Shown one piece after another: positions 20,364-33,020 of a stretch of 64,000 nt of DNA; position 1 is the stretch's first letter; each line of letters opens with the position of its first letter. The position numbers and the translations under genes are program-made. Where the stretch lies: positions 1 through 64,000 of the forward strand of contig JAPMXV010000007.1 in NCBI GenBank assembly GCA_026936335.1, in the 5' to 3' direction. The stretch comes from Mantamonas sphyraenae STR306 (Eukaryota; Protista; CRuMs). The notes under the pieces were generated by a model. It had not been told where the DNA came from, made no database searches, and worked only from the letters and a program-made list of their open reading frames with translations.

Positions 20364-23300
20364 ATGGACTTTGGCGTGCGCGTCGAGCACTGCCAGCAGG
20401 TCCTCTCCAACTACCAGGACCATCTGCGCCTCCTTCTGGAATTTGTCGAAAAGTGCAGGGTCTTCAACGCCTACTCCCCGCGCTTTTTCCATCGCAACAA
20501 GCTCGTCGCCCCAAAGGCCACTCGCAACACCCTCACAAAACTCGGCAACCAGATCACAAAACATTGGGTGGCCCTCTCTCAGAAGCACGAGACGGAAACC
20601 CTTGCCCTCTACGAGCTCGGTGGCCGCCTTGCTCTTCTCGCCCATCTCAAACCGGGCGATCTCCTCCTCCTCGACCGCGGCGCAGACCTCAGCGCACACC
20701 TTAAGAAACAGGGTGTCACCCAGCTCATGCAGTTGAAAAAGTGCCACGAGATGTTTGAAGATGTGCGTCCTCCTCCCCGACCCTTGCGCAGCCCCACGCT
20801 GCGTTTCCCGCGCAAATTCCCTTCTGACCCCGCCCAACTCTCCCCCAGCTCAAAGAACGCGCTGCGCACGAGATCGAACTCTGTACACAGTCCCTCGACG
20901 AGGTCAACGAGCGCATCAAGGCCTTCCGCAAGTATTTCGACGTCGGTACGTCCCTGCAGACAACTTCCCTTACCCGACCTCGCCTCAAATAGCCTCTGCT
21001 TGCTCACCATCCCCTCCCCACCCCCCCCCCCTCTCTCCCTCCAGTCATCGAAAAGGAAGAGCAGACCTCCTCTTCCCGCTCCGCCTCCTCTCGCGCTGCC
21101 GAGGAGCGCCAACGTCAGCGCCAGGAGCTTGCCATCCAGCGCACCAAGCAGTACGTTCTCAATCTCTCCCCCACACCGATGACCTCATCTCCTCCCCCCC
21201 CCCCTTCCCCACTCACACCCCGTCAGGATGCACCAAAGCACCGTCTGCGGCATCTGTGGTCACGCAGAGGGCCATCTCCACTGCGACCGCCATCTCGACT
21301 GCACCTCCAAGTTTTCTGGCCAGCTCTACCGCGTCTCGGGTGGCCGCAACGTCGTCTCCCACAGCAGAAATCGCATGCACAAGTCCGTTGTCTCTGTACG
21401 CTACCTCAAGCAGCCCCAACGCGAGGTTGTCCACCACTTCCAGATCGACGCCCCTCTTGATGCACAGGGCAACGCCTCCGCCGCCTTTGGATCCTCCTCC
21501 TCCTCCTCCTCCTCCTCCGCAAACTCATCCTCTGCCCCAGGCTCCTCCTCCAGCGCCAACCAGCTTGCTTCCACAGCCTCCCACGGCTCACAGCGCGAGC
21601 GTGAGCTCCTCGACGCAGAAAAGGATGCCTACGACGCCATGAACCTCCTCTCCTCTGCCGGCGTTTCACGTTGGGACCGCATGATCGATCAGCAGATGGA
21701 GCTCGCCCGCCTCCGCTCAGACATGGAGATCCTCGAAACAGAACTCAAGTTCCACCGCACCCAATCTTCTACCAAGATCGCCACCATCGAGGCCTCCAAG
21801 CGCAAGCGCCGCCAACGCATCCTCGGTCTCGCCTCCTCCTCCCGCTCCATCGGCCAGGAGTTTGAGTCGTTCACCTTTGACCAACTCGGCAAGCGCAAAT
21901 CAAAATCAAAATCCAGATCAAAGTCCAAGCGCAAGAACAAAGCAAAGCGCAGCTCGGGCAAGGCTTGGGACGTCGACGACGCTGACGAATGGCTTGCCTT
22001 TGAGGACCAGCACGAGCAATCCTCCGACTCCGACGACTCCGACGACTCCGGCTCAGACTCCTCCTCCGACTCAGCCTCCTCCTCCCCGTCTTCATCCTCC
22101 CACTCACGACGCCGCCGCCACCGATCCACCTCCTCCTCATCATCATCCTCCGAATCCGATTCTGACGCATCCTCCTCCTCCTCTTCATCTTCCTCCTCAT
22201 CATCATCCTCATCCTCATCCTCATCCCAACTTACAGACACCCTCGACTGGGAATCTGAGCAGCAAATCGAACGCCAGATCCAAGAGATGCAACGTAGCAA
22301 CAAGGGCAGCTCCACAAGCACAGACGCCATGCGCCAATACCTTCAAGCTGCCCGCCGCAAAGAGCTCGCCGAGCGCAGGCAGGCCAAGCGTCAGGCCAAG
22401 GAAGCACGCAAGAAAGCCAAACGCGAACGCAAGGCACAGCGCAAGCAAGAACGCAGACGACGCAAACAACAACGCCAGGAACAACGAGACCGCCGTCAAC
22501 AGGCCACACACGCATCTTCCTCATCCTCTGGCGTTGGCAGTGCCGCTCTCCAGCGCATGGCCAACCTCACCTTTGCCGACTCCACCTCCGCCGGCTCATC
22601 CTCCTCCCCCTCTTCTTCCAAGAAGAAGAAGCACTCCAAGAAGCACAAGCATGGCAAAAAGCACAAACACAGCAAGAACAAGCAATCCTCTGACTCTCAC
22701 ACCGATTCCATGTCCTCCTTTGACGCCTTTGTCGAACGCCACGAGCGCGAAAAGCGCCGCAAGCGCATGGAGGCTGCTGCTGCCTCCTCCTCGGGCATGC
22801 GCCGCCACAAGTCCAAACACGATGCGTCCACCTCATCTTCCTCTTCCTCATCCGCCACCAACACATCCTCCTCCGCCCTGCACGACCACCGCGACGACGA
22901 CGGCTTCTCCAGCGCTGACTCGAACGATTACCACAACCGCAGCTTCGGCTCAGACCACAGCGGAGGCGCAAGCAGCAGCGGTGGAAGTGACATTGAAGCA
23001 CGCGAGCGCGAACGCCAACGCAGGCGCAACGCAAAGGCCCGCCAGCGCGAACGCGACCTCGATCGCCAGCTCGAACGCGTCCAGTCCGAGTACGAGCGCC
23101 AAGGCGCACGTGCACACGCCGACGACGTCGCAAACTTCCACACTGCCATCCTCACTCGCAACACAGACGTCGCCCTTCCCATGCTCGACGCCTTTGACGC
23201 CCTCGTCGACCTCCGCTGGGACAACCAAAACACAGCTCTCCACCTCCTCGCCTCCCGCGACTCTGCCGTCGACTGCGAAGACCTTGACCTCAACGACATG

Positions 23301-24041
23301 GGACTCCAGGAAGTTCAGATTGCTGCCACCCTCGTCGACAAGGGCGCCTCCATCAACCGCGAAAACATCTTTCACGAGACGCCCCTCATGCTTGCCGTCA
23401 AGACCAACAATGTCCACATGCTCGTCTTTCTCCTCGAAAGCGGCGCAGACGTCGATGCACAGGACGGCCAAGGTCAGACCGCTCTCCATCTCGCCGCAAA
23501 AGGCGACGGCGACGAACTCAACACCATCGTCACAACCAAACTCCTCGACTTTGACGCTGACCCCTACGTCCAAACAAACCTCAGCCGCGAGACCGTCTAC
23601 CAGGTTGCCACACGCAACAACAACCGAGCCGTCATGCGCCTCCTGCGCAAGCAGGCTGGCGCCTCTTCCTCCTCCTCCGGCACCCATGCTGGCCGCGATC
23701 CCACGGGCTACGGCCCCAAACCCCGCACCAGCTTCAACCTGGACGAACGCCACTTTGCACAGCCCATCTACAACCCCATCGTCAAGGGCGAAGACATGGA
23801 CGCACTCATCCCAGACTTTCTCAACCCAAACCCCGCTCGCATCAGCGTCCAGCGTTCCTCCACGCGCTCCTTCCGCAAACCCGACGGCAACGGCCCAGCC
23901 GCTGTCAGTGGCGGCTCCATGTCCTTCACTCGCCACCTCTACGACGGCCACGCCGCCTCGGTCGACTCTCGCCGCCAAGCCCTTCAAGAGCAGCAGCAGC
24001 AGCGCACCCAGCTCGTTGGTGGCGCCATCTCCTCCATCTGA
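20364..24041 (+). CDS. Ankyrin-repeat protein with unknown N-terminus, Cys/His cluster and Ser/Lys-rich low-complexity core
   Basis: Exons 20364..20762, 20849..20945, 21045..21150, 21227..24041 with phase-consistent GT-AG introns. Ankyrin motifs NTALHLLA, ETPLMLAVKTNNVHMLVFLLESGADVDAQDGQGQTALHLAA. Confidence 0.8.
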
Positions 24042-24131
24042 CGACCCATTTGATCGTTTGATCCCTTGAATCCACCGAGATAGATTCCGATCCATTCCAT
24101 TTCCACAAACACTCTCTCTCTCCCTCTCCCT

Positions 24132-27100
24132 CTACTCGTCAAACGAATCATCCACAAGCACTTGGCGTCGGCCGCGGCCCGCACGACGTCCTTGCGCCTT
24201 GGACGCCATCTGCGTGCTGCTGCCCACGTTCTCGCTCTGGTTTTCCTCGTCTTCCTCCACCTCAAAGTCCAGCTCCACATCCACGTCCTCTCCAAACGCC
24301 TTGCCCTTCTTGCCCGACCCCTGTGTCTTGCGCTTCTTTGCTGCTCCCTTGCCCGCTTTCTTGGCTCCCTTCTTGCCTGCAGACACATCCAGGCCGTCGT
24401 CCGACTCGGCCATCACATACCGCGACACAGTCGACTTGCCGTCCACAAACTTGGTGCGGAACAGAACGTTGGCGTTGTTGAACATCCCTTCCTTCAGCGA
24501 CACCACCAGGAACTGCGACTGCGAAAAGTGTGTACGCAGCATCTGGCCAATGTTCTGTGTGTGCGACAGATCCAGCGCAGCGTCAATCTCGTCCAGGATG
24601 TACATCGGCGCAGGCTTGAACAGCAGCATGCTCAGCACAAGCGACAGGGCTACCAACGATCGCTGCCCACCGCTCAGCTCTGTCAGGCTCTCCTTCCACT
24701 CGTCGCCAAACGCAACACGGATCTCCAGACCCTCCGTCACCTCCATCCCCTCGGGCGCCTCCAGCTTCGCGTTGCTTCCAGGCAACAGTGTCGAAAAGAT
24801 GCTTCCAAAGTCCTTGTTCACCTTGAGCCAAGTCTTGTGCAGCGCCTCGTCCTTCTTCAGGTCCAGCTCTGCGATTGCCTCCTCGATCTTCGCCTTGTCG
24901 TTCTCAATGATCCGCTTCTTTGTCATCAGATCCTGATACTCCTGCTCCGCCTTTTCAAACATGCCCATCACCTTCTTGTTCACCGTCTTGCCCAACTTGT
25001 GCTGCTCGCTCTCCAGCTTGCTCAGGCGCTTCTTCTCCTCCGACACGTCTCGCGCCTCAAAGTCAAACGTCGACGACTCCTGCCCAAAGTACTGCTTCTC
25101 TGCAGAGATCCACCGGTGTGTCTGCTCCAGCGCCTTCATCACCTTCCGCGCCTCCGAGATCTTCTTCTGCTTGCCCTTAAACTCGTGCTCCACCTTGAGC
25201 AGCGCAAGCTTCACCTCCTGCACCTCGGCCCCCAGCGCTTCCTTCTCCTCCTCCGTGGCCCCGATCTGCTTCTCCAGCTCACGAGCCTCCGCGTCCTTCT
25301 CGTCGTACACTGCCTTTGCCTCGTCGTACCGTGCTTTGCACCGTGTCACCTTGCGCTCCAGCTCTCCCACCTTCTTCACCATCTCCTCCGCGCTCGCTTC
25401 AAACGTCGCCGCCGCCTCGTCGATCCCGGCCACCTCGCTCTCCAGGTTGCCGATCTCCAGCTCCAGCTCCTCCACCTCCTGCTTGGCCTTCTTGAAGCCC
25501 GTGTCAAACTTGGCCAGCGCTGCCTTGGCCTTGCTCACCGCCGCTTCTGCAGAACGCACCTTGCTCTCGCGCTGCTTCTTCTCCTCCACCACCTGGCGCT
25601 CCAACGCCTTGCACTCCTTTGCCAATGCAACCTTGCGCTCCTCGTGGTGTGCCACCGTCTCCTCGTCTGCTGCCGCCTGGGCCTCCATCTTTTCAATCGC
25701 CACCTGCAGCTGCATGTATCGGCTCTGCTCCAGCCTCTCCTCCGCCAGCTTCTCCTGATGTTCTGCCAGCTCATACTCGCTCTGCAGCCCCTGCATGGCC
25801 TCAAACTCTCCCAGCTGCGCCTCGATTTCGCTCAGAGCCGCGCGGTGCTCGTCCAGCGCTGCCTGTGCCTCGTTCAGCTCCTGCACCTTGGCCAACAACG
25901 ACGTGCGGTTGCTTCGCGACCCACCCGTCAGCGTGCCGCTCGGATCAAACACCTCGCCCTCCTTCGTCACCGTGCGCTTCAGCACCCCTTTGTCGAACGC
26001 CACCAGCTTTCCTTCCTCCATGCTGTCAACCACCAGCGTGTTGCCAAACACATACTCCATCGCCGCCTCCAACTCTTCGTCGTATCCCACCAGCGAGATG
26101 GCTTCATGCACGTTGCCCTTGCCCACAATCTGCTCCGCCCGCTCAAGCTCCTCCGCACGCACCGTCTTACCCTGGATCTTGTCCAGCGGCAGGATCGTCA
26201 CACGTCGCTTGAGCTTGCCCTTCGACAGCAGCTGCTTGCCCGTCTGTGCGCTGTCCACAAGCACGTGGAAAAGCCGGTTGCCCGCAGTCACCTCCAACGC
26301 AGTCACGCTCGACGTGTCCTCCACGCTGATCAGCTTCGCCACAAAGCCCTTCACGCCGCTCTCGTCAAAGTTCTTGCTCGGCTTGCTGTACTCGAAGCGC
26401 AGCGCAGACAAGTCGTTCGACAGCGCGTCCACCACGCTCTCGTACTTGCCCACAGCCGCACGCTCCTCCAGCCGCGCCGCCTCCAGCGACTTGACCGCCT
26501 CTGCGTCGTAGCCTCCCTTTGCAAGCTGCTTGCGCACACTCTCCGTCGCCTTCACCGCCTTCTGATGCGCCTTTTGCAGCTTTGTAAACTCGCTCTTGGC
26601 CTTCTTCATCGCCGCTCGCTTGTCGTCCACCTCGCTGCTCTGGTGCTGCAGACGCAGCTGCGCCTGCTGCAGCTCACTGTCGCTCTGCGACAGCTTGTGT
26701 TCACATGCAGCCAGCTTCTCCATCAGCGACGAGCTCGCGCCGTCTTCCCCGTCTTGCACAACGCCTGTTTGTGCCGCCTGGTAGTTGCGCTCCAGCTCCG
26801 CAATCTCTTCGCACAACGCCGCACGCTCCTGGCTCAGCGCGTCCAGTTTGCCCTGTGCGCTCTCCAGCTCCGCCTGCTTGGCCGCCATCGCCTTGTTGGT
26901 CGCCTCCTTGTTCTCCTCCGTCTGCGCAAACGCCGTCTCCTCGGCAGCCAAGTTTTCCTTTTCGTGCGTCAGCATGCTTGTCACTTGCACAAGCTCCTTG
27001 GAGATTTCGCCCAGTTGGTCGTTGTCTGCCTTGCGTGCGTTCTGTGCCTTCACCAGCTCCTCCTGCAGCTGCTCGATTTTCCCTTCTGCCTCTGCGATCA

Positions 27101-28198
27101 GCTGATCCAGCTCGTTCTGGCGATACTGCAGCTTGTTCTTTTGCGCCAGTGTGTTGTTGTGCCACTCCTCCGCCTGCTCCACCTGCTGCTCGGCCAGCCA
27201 GAACTCGTGTGCCACAAGGAAGCGCGTCAAGCGTTCCACCTCGGCGTTGTTGCTGCTCCAGCGCAGGTAGTGCGACTGCTCATGTCGCAGCCTGTCCAGC
27301 GTCGGCGTGATCTCGTTGACCAGCACGTCGCCCACCTCGTTCAACTTGCTCTCCTTGCGCTGCATCGTCCGCACCGCCTCCGCCTTCTTTTCCTCGTACA
27401 TTCGCGTCCCGGCCGCCTCGGCGATCATACCCAGGATTTCCTGCGGCTTCATGTTCAGCACCTTGGTGATCTGGCCCTGCATGATCAGAAATGTCGGGTT
27501 GTTCACGTTCAGCTGCACGCTGTGGAACAGATCTCGGACTCGGTTCTGCTGACACGTCTTGCCGTTCACGTGGTACGTCGACTTGCCCGAGATGGCGTAC
27601 TGTGCATCATCACCCACGTGCACGCACGTGATCCACGTACACGTTGTCCCTCGTGTCAGCCGTCTCCCGCACCTCCACGTCCCTCCCGCCCACTCGCACT
27701 GCCGATGCGCGCCAAAAATAATCCGCCACCGATCCAGCAACGTACCTTTCGCGACACCGTGATATGGTCGTGGCTCTCGTACCCCTGCGGAGACGCTTCC
27801 TTGTCTTCGTTGTTGAACTTGATGGTCACTGTGCATGATGTGATGCCCGCCTGGCCCTGCTGGTACACCAACTCGTTGCGGTTGCTCACACGCACCTGGT
27901 CCCGCGCAGCCCAAAAACGTCAGCGGATTTTTCACGCGCCAAAATCCTGACGGCCTCTCTTTCGCCGCCCACACCATCACCACAGCCTCTGCATCCGTGT
28001 GCACACCCTCTCCTCCCTGCCCATACTCACCTGCTTCAGGTTGGTGATGCCCAGCAGGAAGCAGATGCTGTCCAGGATGTTGGACTTGCCGCTTCCGTTG
28101 GCGCCCGTGATCGCGTTGAACTTGGGATCAAACCCAGAAACCACCGTGCGCTGCGAATACGACTTGAAGCCGTCGATGATGATCTCCTCAATGAACAT
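24132..28198 (-). CDS. SMC2: Condensin subunit SMC2
   Basis: Exons 28198..28031, 27895..27746, 27599..24132. [14 protein letters not shown], Walker [29 protein letters not shown], hinge, [36 protein letters not shown]. Confidence 0.98.
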
Positions 28199-28208
28199 CG
28201 GTGCTACA

Positions 28209-28228
28209 ACACACACACACACACACAC
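28209..28228. repeat. (AC)n microsatellite immediately upstream of the SMC2 start
   Basis: Ten AC units about 10 nt from the SMC2 ATG, in the divergent intergenic region. Confidence 0.9.
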
Positions 28229-28353
28229 CACATAGGGTCACCGTGTCAGCACACTGGGAGAAAGCGAGGGCGTGTGGCGTGGGAAAGGCGCGGCGCGAAA
28301 GTACTTTTCGTTATGTCTTGCGCACCCTGCGCAACCCGGTCCAACCAACCAAC

Positions 28354-31116
28354 ATGATTCGAATCCAGGCTGGCTCTGCACCCACCCGCACTCTGCTGTT
28401 GGCCACGCTCTTGACACTCCTCGTCTCCTCCTTGGCCCAAGTCGATCCCGTGTCCTATTGCCCCGTGAACGCCGTGGGCAGCAACTCCCTCCCTGCGCTC
28501 GCCTACCACCCCAAGCTCCAGCTCCTCGTCTCCATCACAACGTCCCAAGGCAACATCCTCTACGGCGACCACGGCACCATCTTGGCCACCACCACAGCCA
28601 CCTCGGGGTGGGACCCTCTCATCAACGACACCACCAGCTGGCAGGTCTGGTTCCGCAAGGGAAGCACAGCCGTTACCGAACGCCTCGGCGCCCAGCTTGT
28701 GTACAACCCCGACACAGACACCTTCCTTCTCTACGGAGGCGTGGAGGATCGCGGCATCCTTGCCGAAGAAACAAACGCCCAGCGCTACACGGACGCCTAC
28801 GAACTGCACATGGACACCACCACAAAATCTTACTCCTTCACCCAGTGGAAGGACATCAACGGCACCTCCCAGGACATTCGCCGCGTGTTTTGGGTCCCTG
28901 CACGCCGTCAGATGGTCGGCGTCGGCAAGAACTACGTGTACGCCCTCAACTGGAACACCCACAGCTGGTCCCAGCTTGCCACCATGCCCGGTACCTCCCT
29001 CCTCGATGATTCCCTTCCTGTGGTCACCTACGACCCACACACAAATCTCCTCCTCGTCATGAACGGGTGCGAGCTTGCACGCCGCGCCCTTGACCTCTCC
29101 ACCCTCCGTTGGTACGCCATCGGCAACACAGACAGCAACATTTTCTCCAGCAACACCCGCACCTTTTACTACATCGAGTCCATGCCCGGCCCCAATGCCA
29201 ACGTCCTCCTCCAGGTAGGCAATCCGTGCTCCAGCTTCTCCCCGACCTCCATCGGCCAGCAGCTCCTGCTCTCTCTCCACTACGACGGCCACTACCAACC
29301 AAACGTCACCACCCAGTTTGCAAACACGCACCTCGACTTTCCCTACTTCACAGCCCTCGGTGTCTCTGCCGCAAAGACCCCGTTCGGCCTTGTCCTCCAC
29401 GGTGTCGACATTTACAACCAGGGCGGTGTCTCCTTCCGCACAAGCCCCAACCAGAAGTGCCCAACCATGCCTGCCGTCCTGCCCTCCTCCTTCCAAGTCG
29501 CCCTCGTCCTCCTGTGCTTTCCCATCGTCGCATGGGCCGTCTGGCACTCGCTCAAGCGCGACCTCGACCTTGTCAACGTCTGGGCAGACGCCAAGGAGCA
29601 ACAGGACACCATGGCCACCTCCCCTCCGGCCTCCATGATTCCTGCAGGTTCCGATGACGACGACAACAACCAGCCCAACCTGCCTCTCCTCGACAGCGAC
29701 CGTCTCGGCCAGGCCAACGCTGCTCCCCAAGATGCCGACGGCGTCAACGCCTACCTCGAGACAGGCCTCACCTCTGAGCAAAACTTTCGCTTCATCCAAT
29801 GTCAGTTCCGCCTGGCCGTCAAGTTTGTTCGTGCTGCTCTCCTCACCATGCTCTTTGCCCTCGTTCTCAACCTAGCCCTGCAGCTCGCCTTTTCCGGCTC
29901 CCTTGACCCAGTCTACTTCTTCTACATCGGTGCCCTCCCCTACCTCACCTCCATGCCCATCCTCGTCATCCACGCCTGCGTCGTCTGCGTCGTCATCCTC
30001 CTCGCCGTCGTTTGGCGCATGCAGCGCGCCAGCCTACGCTACTACCAGGAAACACGCGACATTGGCCTTCCCCTCGGCGACAAGCTGTATTCAAAGAAGT
30101 ATGACCTGTACCGATGGTGTGCATGCGACTGGAACCGCGTTCGCCGCCTCCTTCTCATCGCCGTGGTCACTCTCCTCTTTGAGGGCTCCTTTGTCGTCTC
30201 CTTCTTCCTGTCCACCCTGCTTAGCGGGATCAACTCGGACATCGCACGACGTCTCGGTTCCATTTTTGTCGCTGCCATGCTCAACGCAGCCAGCAGCCTG
30301 GCCAAGGCTCTTGTCAAGTACGTTCACCCACAGGGCACCGTCCCTGGCCACCTGCTCCACTTTGTCATGACTGGCACCTTTTACGTCCTCGTGCCCTCGT
30401 TCAACTTCCAAAACGTCACCAGCATCGTGAGCACCATCGAACGCCCTGCCCACAACCGCGCCCTAAACGTCACTTCTGTCATCAGCCTCGTCATCACCAG
30501 TGTCGTCATCAGCGAGGTCCAGACCTGGCTTTCCCAGGCTCTGTTGCACATGCGTGTGACTCCCACCCTCAAGTACGGCCCGTCCTGGGTGTACGCCTTT
30601 CCCAGGTGGCTGTGGGCAACCCTGCCCCGCCTTGCCAAGATGCTCTGTGCTCCCTCCACATCTGACTTTGCTGGAATCTTCCAACCCCTCACTGCCTCAT
30701 TTCTCTTTGTCGCCTGCTTTGGTGGTCTCAGCAGCACCCTCACATGCGTGGGCATCGTGCTCATGGCTCTCTCCTATCTCTCCCTCCGCGTCCGCATCTC
30801 CCTGTTCCCACCAAAGTACGGCGCCCATCCGCTTGCAGGCATCGGCCTCGCCGAAATCTGCATGCTTACAGGCTCCTACTCCATTGGAACAGCAACCTCG
30901 GTGGTCAGCCTGCGTGCTGTCCACGGCGGCACCGTCCTCGCCGCACAAGAACAAGCCCATTACTTTGGCCTCTCCATGGTCATGGTTGCCATCACCTTTG
31001 CCTACCTCCTCCTTGGCGTCCTCGTGCCCGAGTGGACCTTCCAGCGCACCATGATGAAGGACGAGCCAGAGTACGAAAAGCATCTCAGCAAGCTGACATT
31101 TACCATGAACTACTGA
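28354..31116 (+). CDS. Secreted-type beta-propeller-like ectodomain fused to a multi-pass membrane domain (unknown; possibly TMC/OSCA-related)
   Basis: Signal peptide (LLLATLLTLLVSSLA), Kelch-like segments (LVYNPDTDTFLLYGG, VYALNWNTHSWSQL, LDLSTLRW), then about 9-11 hydrophobic helices. Intronless ORF with locally typical codon use. Confidence 0.75.
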   Translation: MIRIQAGSAPTRTLLLATLLTLLVSSLAQVDPVSYCPVNAVGSNSLPALAYHPKLQLLVSITTSQGNILYGDHGTILATTTATSGWDPLINDTTSWQVWFRKGSTAVTERLGAQLVYNPDTDTFLLYGGVEDRGILAEETNAQRYTDAYELHMDTTTKSYSFTQWKDINGTSQDIRRVFWVPARRQMVGVGKNYVYALNWNTHSWSQLATMPGTSLLDDSLPVVTYDPHTNLLLVMNGCELARRALDLSTLRWYAIGNTDSNIFSSNTRTFYYIESMPGPNANVLLQVGNPCSSFSPTSIGQQLLLSLHYDGHYQPNVTTQFANTHLDFPYFTALGVSAAKTPFGLVLHGVDIYNQGGVSFRTSPNQKCPTMPAVLPSSFQVALVLLCFPIVAWAVWHSLKRDLDLVNVWADAKEQQDTMATSPPASMIPAGSDDDDNNQPNLPLLDSDRLGQANAAPQDADGVNAYLETGLTSEQNFRFIQCQFRLAVKFVRAALLTMLFALVLNLALQLAFSGSLDPVYFFYIGALPYLTSMPILVIHACVVCVVILLAVVWRMQRASLRYYQETRDIGLPLGDKLYSKKYDLYRWCACDWNRVRRLLLIAVVTLLFEGSFVVSFFLSTLLSGINSDIARRLGSIFVAAMLNAASSLAKALVKYVHPQGTVPGHLLHFVMTGTFYVLVPSFNFQNVTSIVSTIERPAHNRALNVTSVISLVITSVVISEVQTWLSQALLHMRVTPTLKYGPSWVYAFPRWLWATLPRLAKMLCAPSTSDFAGIFQPLTASFLFVACFGGLSSTLTCVGIVLMALSYLSLRVRISLFPPKYGAHPLAGIGLAEICMLTGSYSIGTATSVVSLRAVHGGTVLAAQEQAHYFGLSMVMVAITFAYLLLGVLVPEWTFQRTMMKDEPEYEKHLSKLTFTMNY

Positions 31117-31259
31117 CCGCTTCAAACCCACGCTTCCCTCCATCCCTCCTCCCTCCATCCTCCCTTTCACCACACCATCTTTGATCCGCGCTGTGTGGAC
31201 ACCTTGGCTGCTCTGCTCAACCACACCCACCCAAACCCGCGCGACACACACACACACAT

Positions 31260-32878
31260 ATGTCCGAATCATCGTCGTCGTCGTCGTCGTCGTCGTCCAT
31301 GGATGTGGAGGACAAGGAAGTGCTGGCCCAGGAGGAGCGTGTGATGGAAGAGGAAGAGCTTGTCTCCGCCTACCCGTCTCTCACCACCTCCGACCTGCTC
31401 TTCAAGTACACCTGCGACTCGAAGCACGTCGACCGCGAAGCTATTGCCTCACAGCTCCTCGAAGCCGTCGAGAAGGACGGTACGTGGTTTGCATCCCTCA
31501 CACAACCGCTCCGTCCCGGGCATTTCCGTCCTGACACCTGCAAACGCGCACACCTCCACAGAGATGGGCCCCTTCTACAAGCTGCTCTGCGACACCACCG
31601 ACATCACAGTCGACAAGGACCTCCTCGCTAAGCTGGAGGCCAAGAATGCAGAGACCACCGAGAAGCTGAAGCAGAAGATCAAGGATGCCGAGGAGCAGGA
31701 AGGCGAAACCGAAGTGCGCGAAGCCCTCCTCGCACTCAGTGCCTACTATGCACGCATTGGCGACAAGGTACAGTATCCAACATTGTGTCTCCTCACACAT
31801 CCACGTCGACGCACTGCTTGTGCCTTTCCCACCTGTGCCTTCCGGCCCGCACGCGTCGCGCGCGCCCAATTCCGCTGCCTCAACCTGACCCTCTCTCGCC
31901 CTCCCCAGGACAACGCCCTCAGCAGCGCCCGTGATACAATGGAAAAGACCATTGCGTTGACCCAGAAGATCGACCTCGCCTTCTTCAACATCCGCATCGG
32001 CATCTTCTTCAACGACAAGGAGCTTGTGCGCCGCAATCTCGACAAAGCTCGCACGTGCGTTTCCGTCCCCTCCCCTATCTCGCGCCTGCCTCACATTCAC
32101 ACGCCATGCCGACGTTCTTTCTTTCCCTCTTCCCTGCCCTTCCCGTTCCATTGTGTATCGTCCCCGCTCCCCTCACACGCCCCACTCCCTGCACCCACAC
32201 AGACTCGAGGAGGAAGGCAGTGACTGGGAGCGCCGCAACCGCCTCAAGGCCTATGAGGCCTGGCACTTTATGCAGGTGCGCAACTTTGAGGCTGCTGCAG
32301 AGCGTCTGCTGTCCACCCTCTCCACATACACGGCCACCGAGCTCATGGAGTTTGACCAGTTTGTGTGGTACGCCGTCCTCATGGCCCAGGTCGCCACAGA
32401 CCGCACCACCGTCGGCGCAAAGGTCATCAACGCGCCCGAGGTCCTGCAGGTCATTGACGATCTGCCCAACCTCCACTCCTTCCTCGACTCTCTGTACAAC
32501 TGCAAGTACGACGAGTTCCTCGTCGCCTTTGCCGGCATCCTCGACCAGCTCGAGGCCGACAAGGTCCTTTCCCAGCACCTCGCCTACTTTTCTCGCGAGA
32601 TGCGCGTCGTCGTCTACTCTCAGTATCTCGAGTCCTACCGCACCGTCTCCCTCGCCTCCATGGCCTCCAGCTTTGGTGTCGGCGAAGACTTTCTTGACGC
32701 AGAGCTCTCCCGCTTCATTGCCTCTGGCCGCCTCAATGCCCAGATCGACAAAGTTGACGGTGTCATCACCACCAACCGACCCGACTCCAAGAATGCCCTC
32801 TACCAAAAGGTCATCAAGCAGGGCGACCAGCTCCTCAACCGCATCCAGAAGCTCTCCATGGTCACCAACGTCGGCTGA
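31260..32878 (+). CDS. RPN7: 26S proteasome lid subunit RPN7 (PSMD6)
   Basis: Four exons with GT-AG introns near 31480-31561, 31768-31908 and 32055-32202. IKDAEEQEGETEVREA, EEGSDWERRNRLKAYE, YSQYLESY, ELSRFIASGRLNAQIDKV, NRPDSKNALYQ. Confidence 0.97.
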
Positions 32879-33020
32879 TTGACCGATTGATTGCCGCGCC
32901 ACCAAATGCACTCCCATTCCCAAACCAAGTTCGCAAGTCCCTCCACGCATACAGTCCTTTGTTGTTGTGTGTTGATGCAGGGATCTGACCATGCGCAGGC
33001 TCGCCCAAACCCGCTTCGCC

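Noticed and set aside
18492-21182. 896-aa + strand ORF
   Set aside because: Runs antisense through DNAAF5 and RPB9 and through a (CA)n repeat. Only the part from 20364 is a real exon; the C/A-rich strand is simply poor in stops.
22020-22225. TCC/TCA-rich tract as a non-coding satellite
   Set aside because: It is in-frame poly-Ser low-complexity coding sequence, common in many proteins here.
24162-27950. 1262-aa ORF antisense to SMC2 (likewise 1570..3576, 11357..13894, 49835..51574 and others)
   Set aside because: Shadow ORFs produced by GC-rich biased codon usage; they mirror a conserved gene on the other strand and show no motifs.
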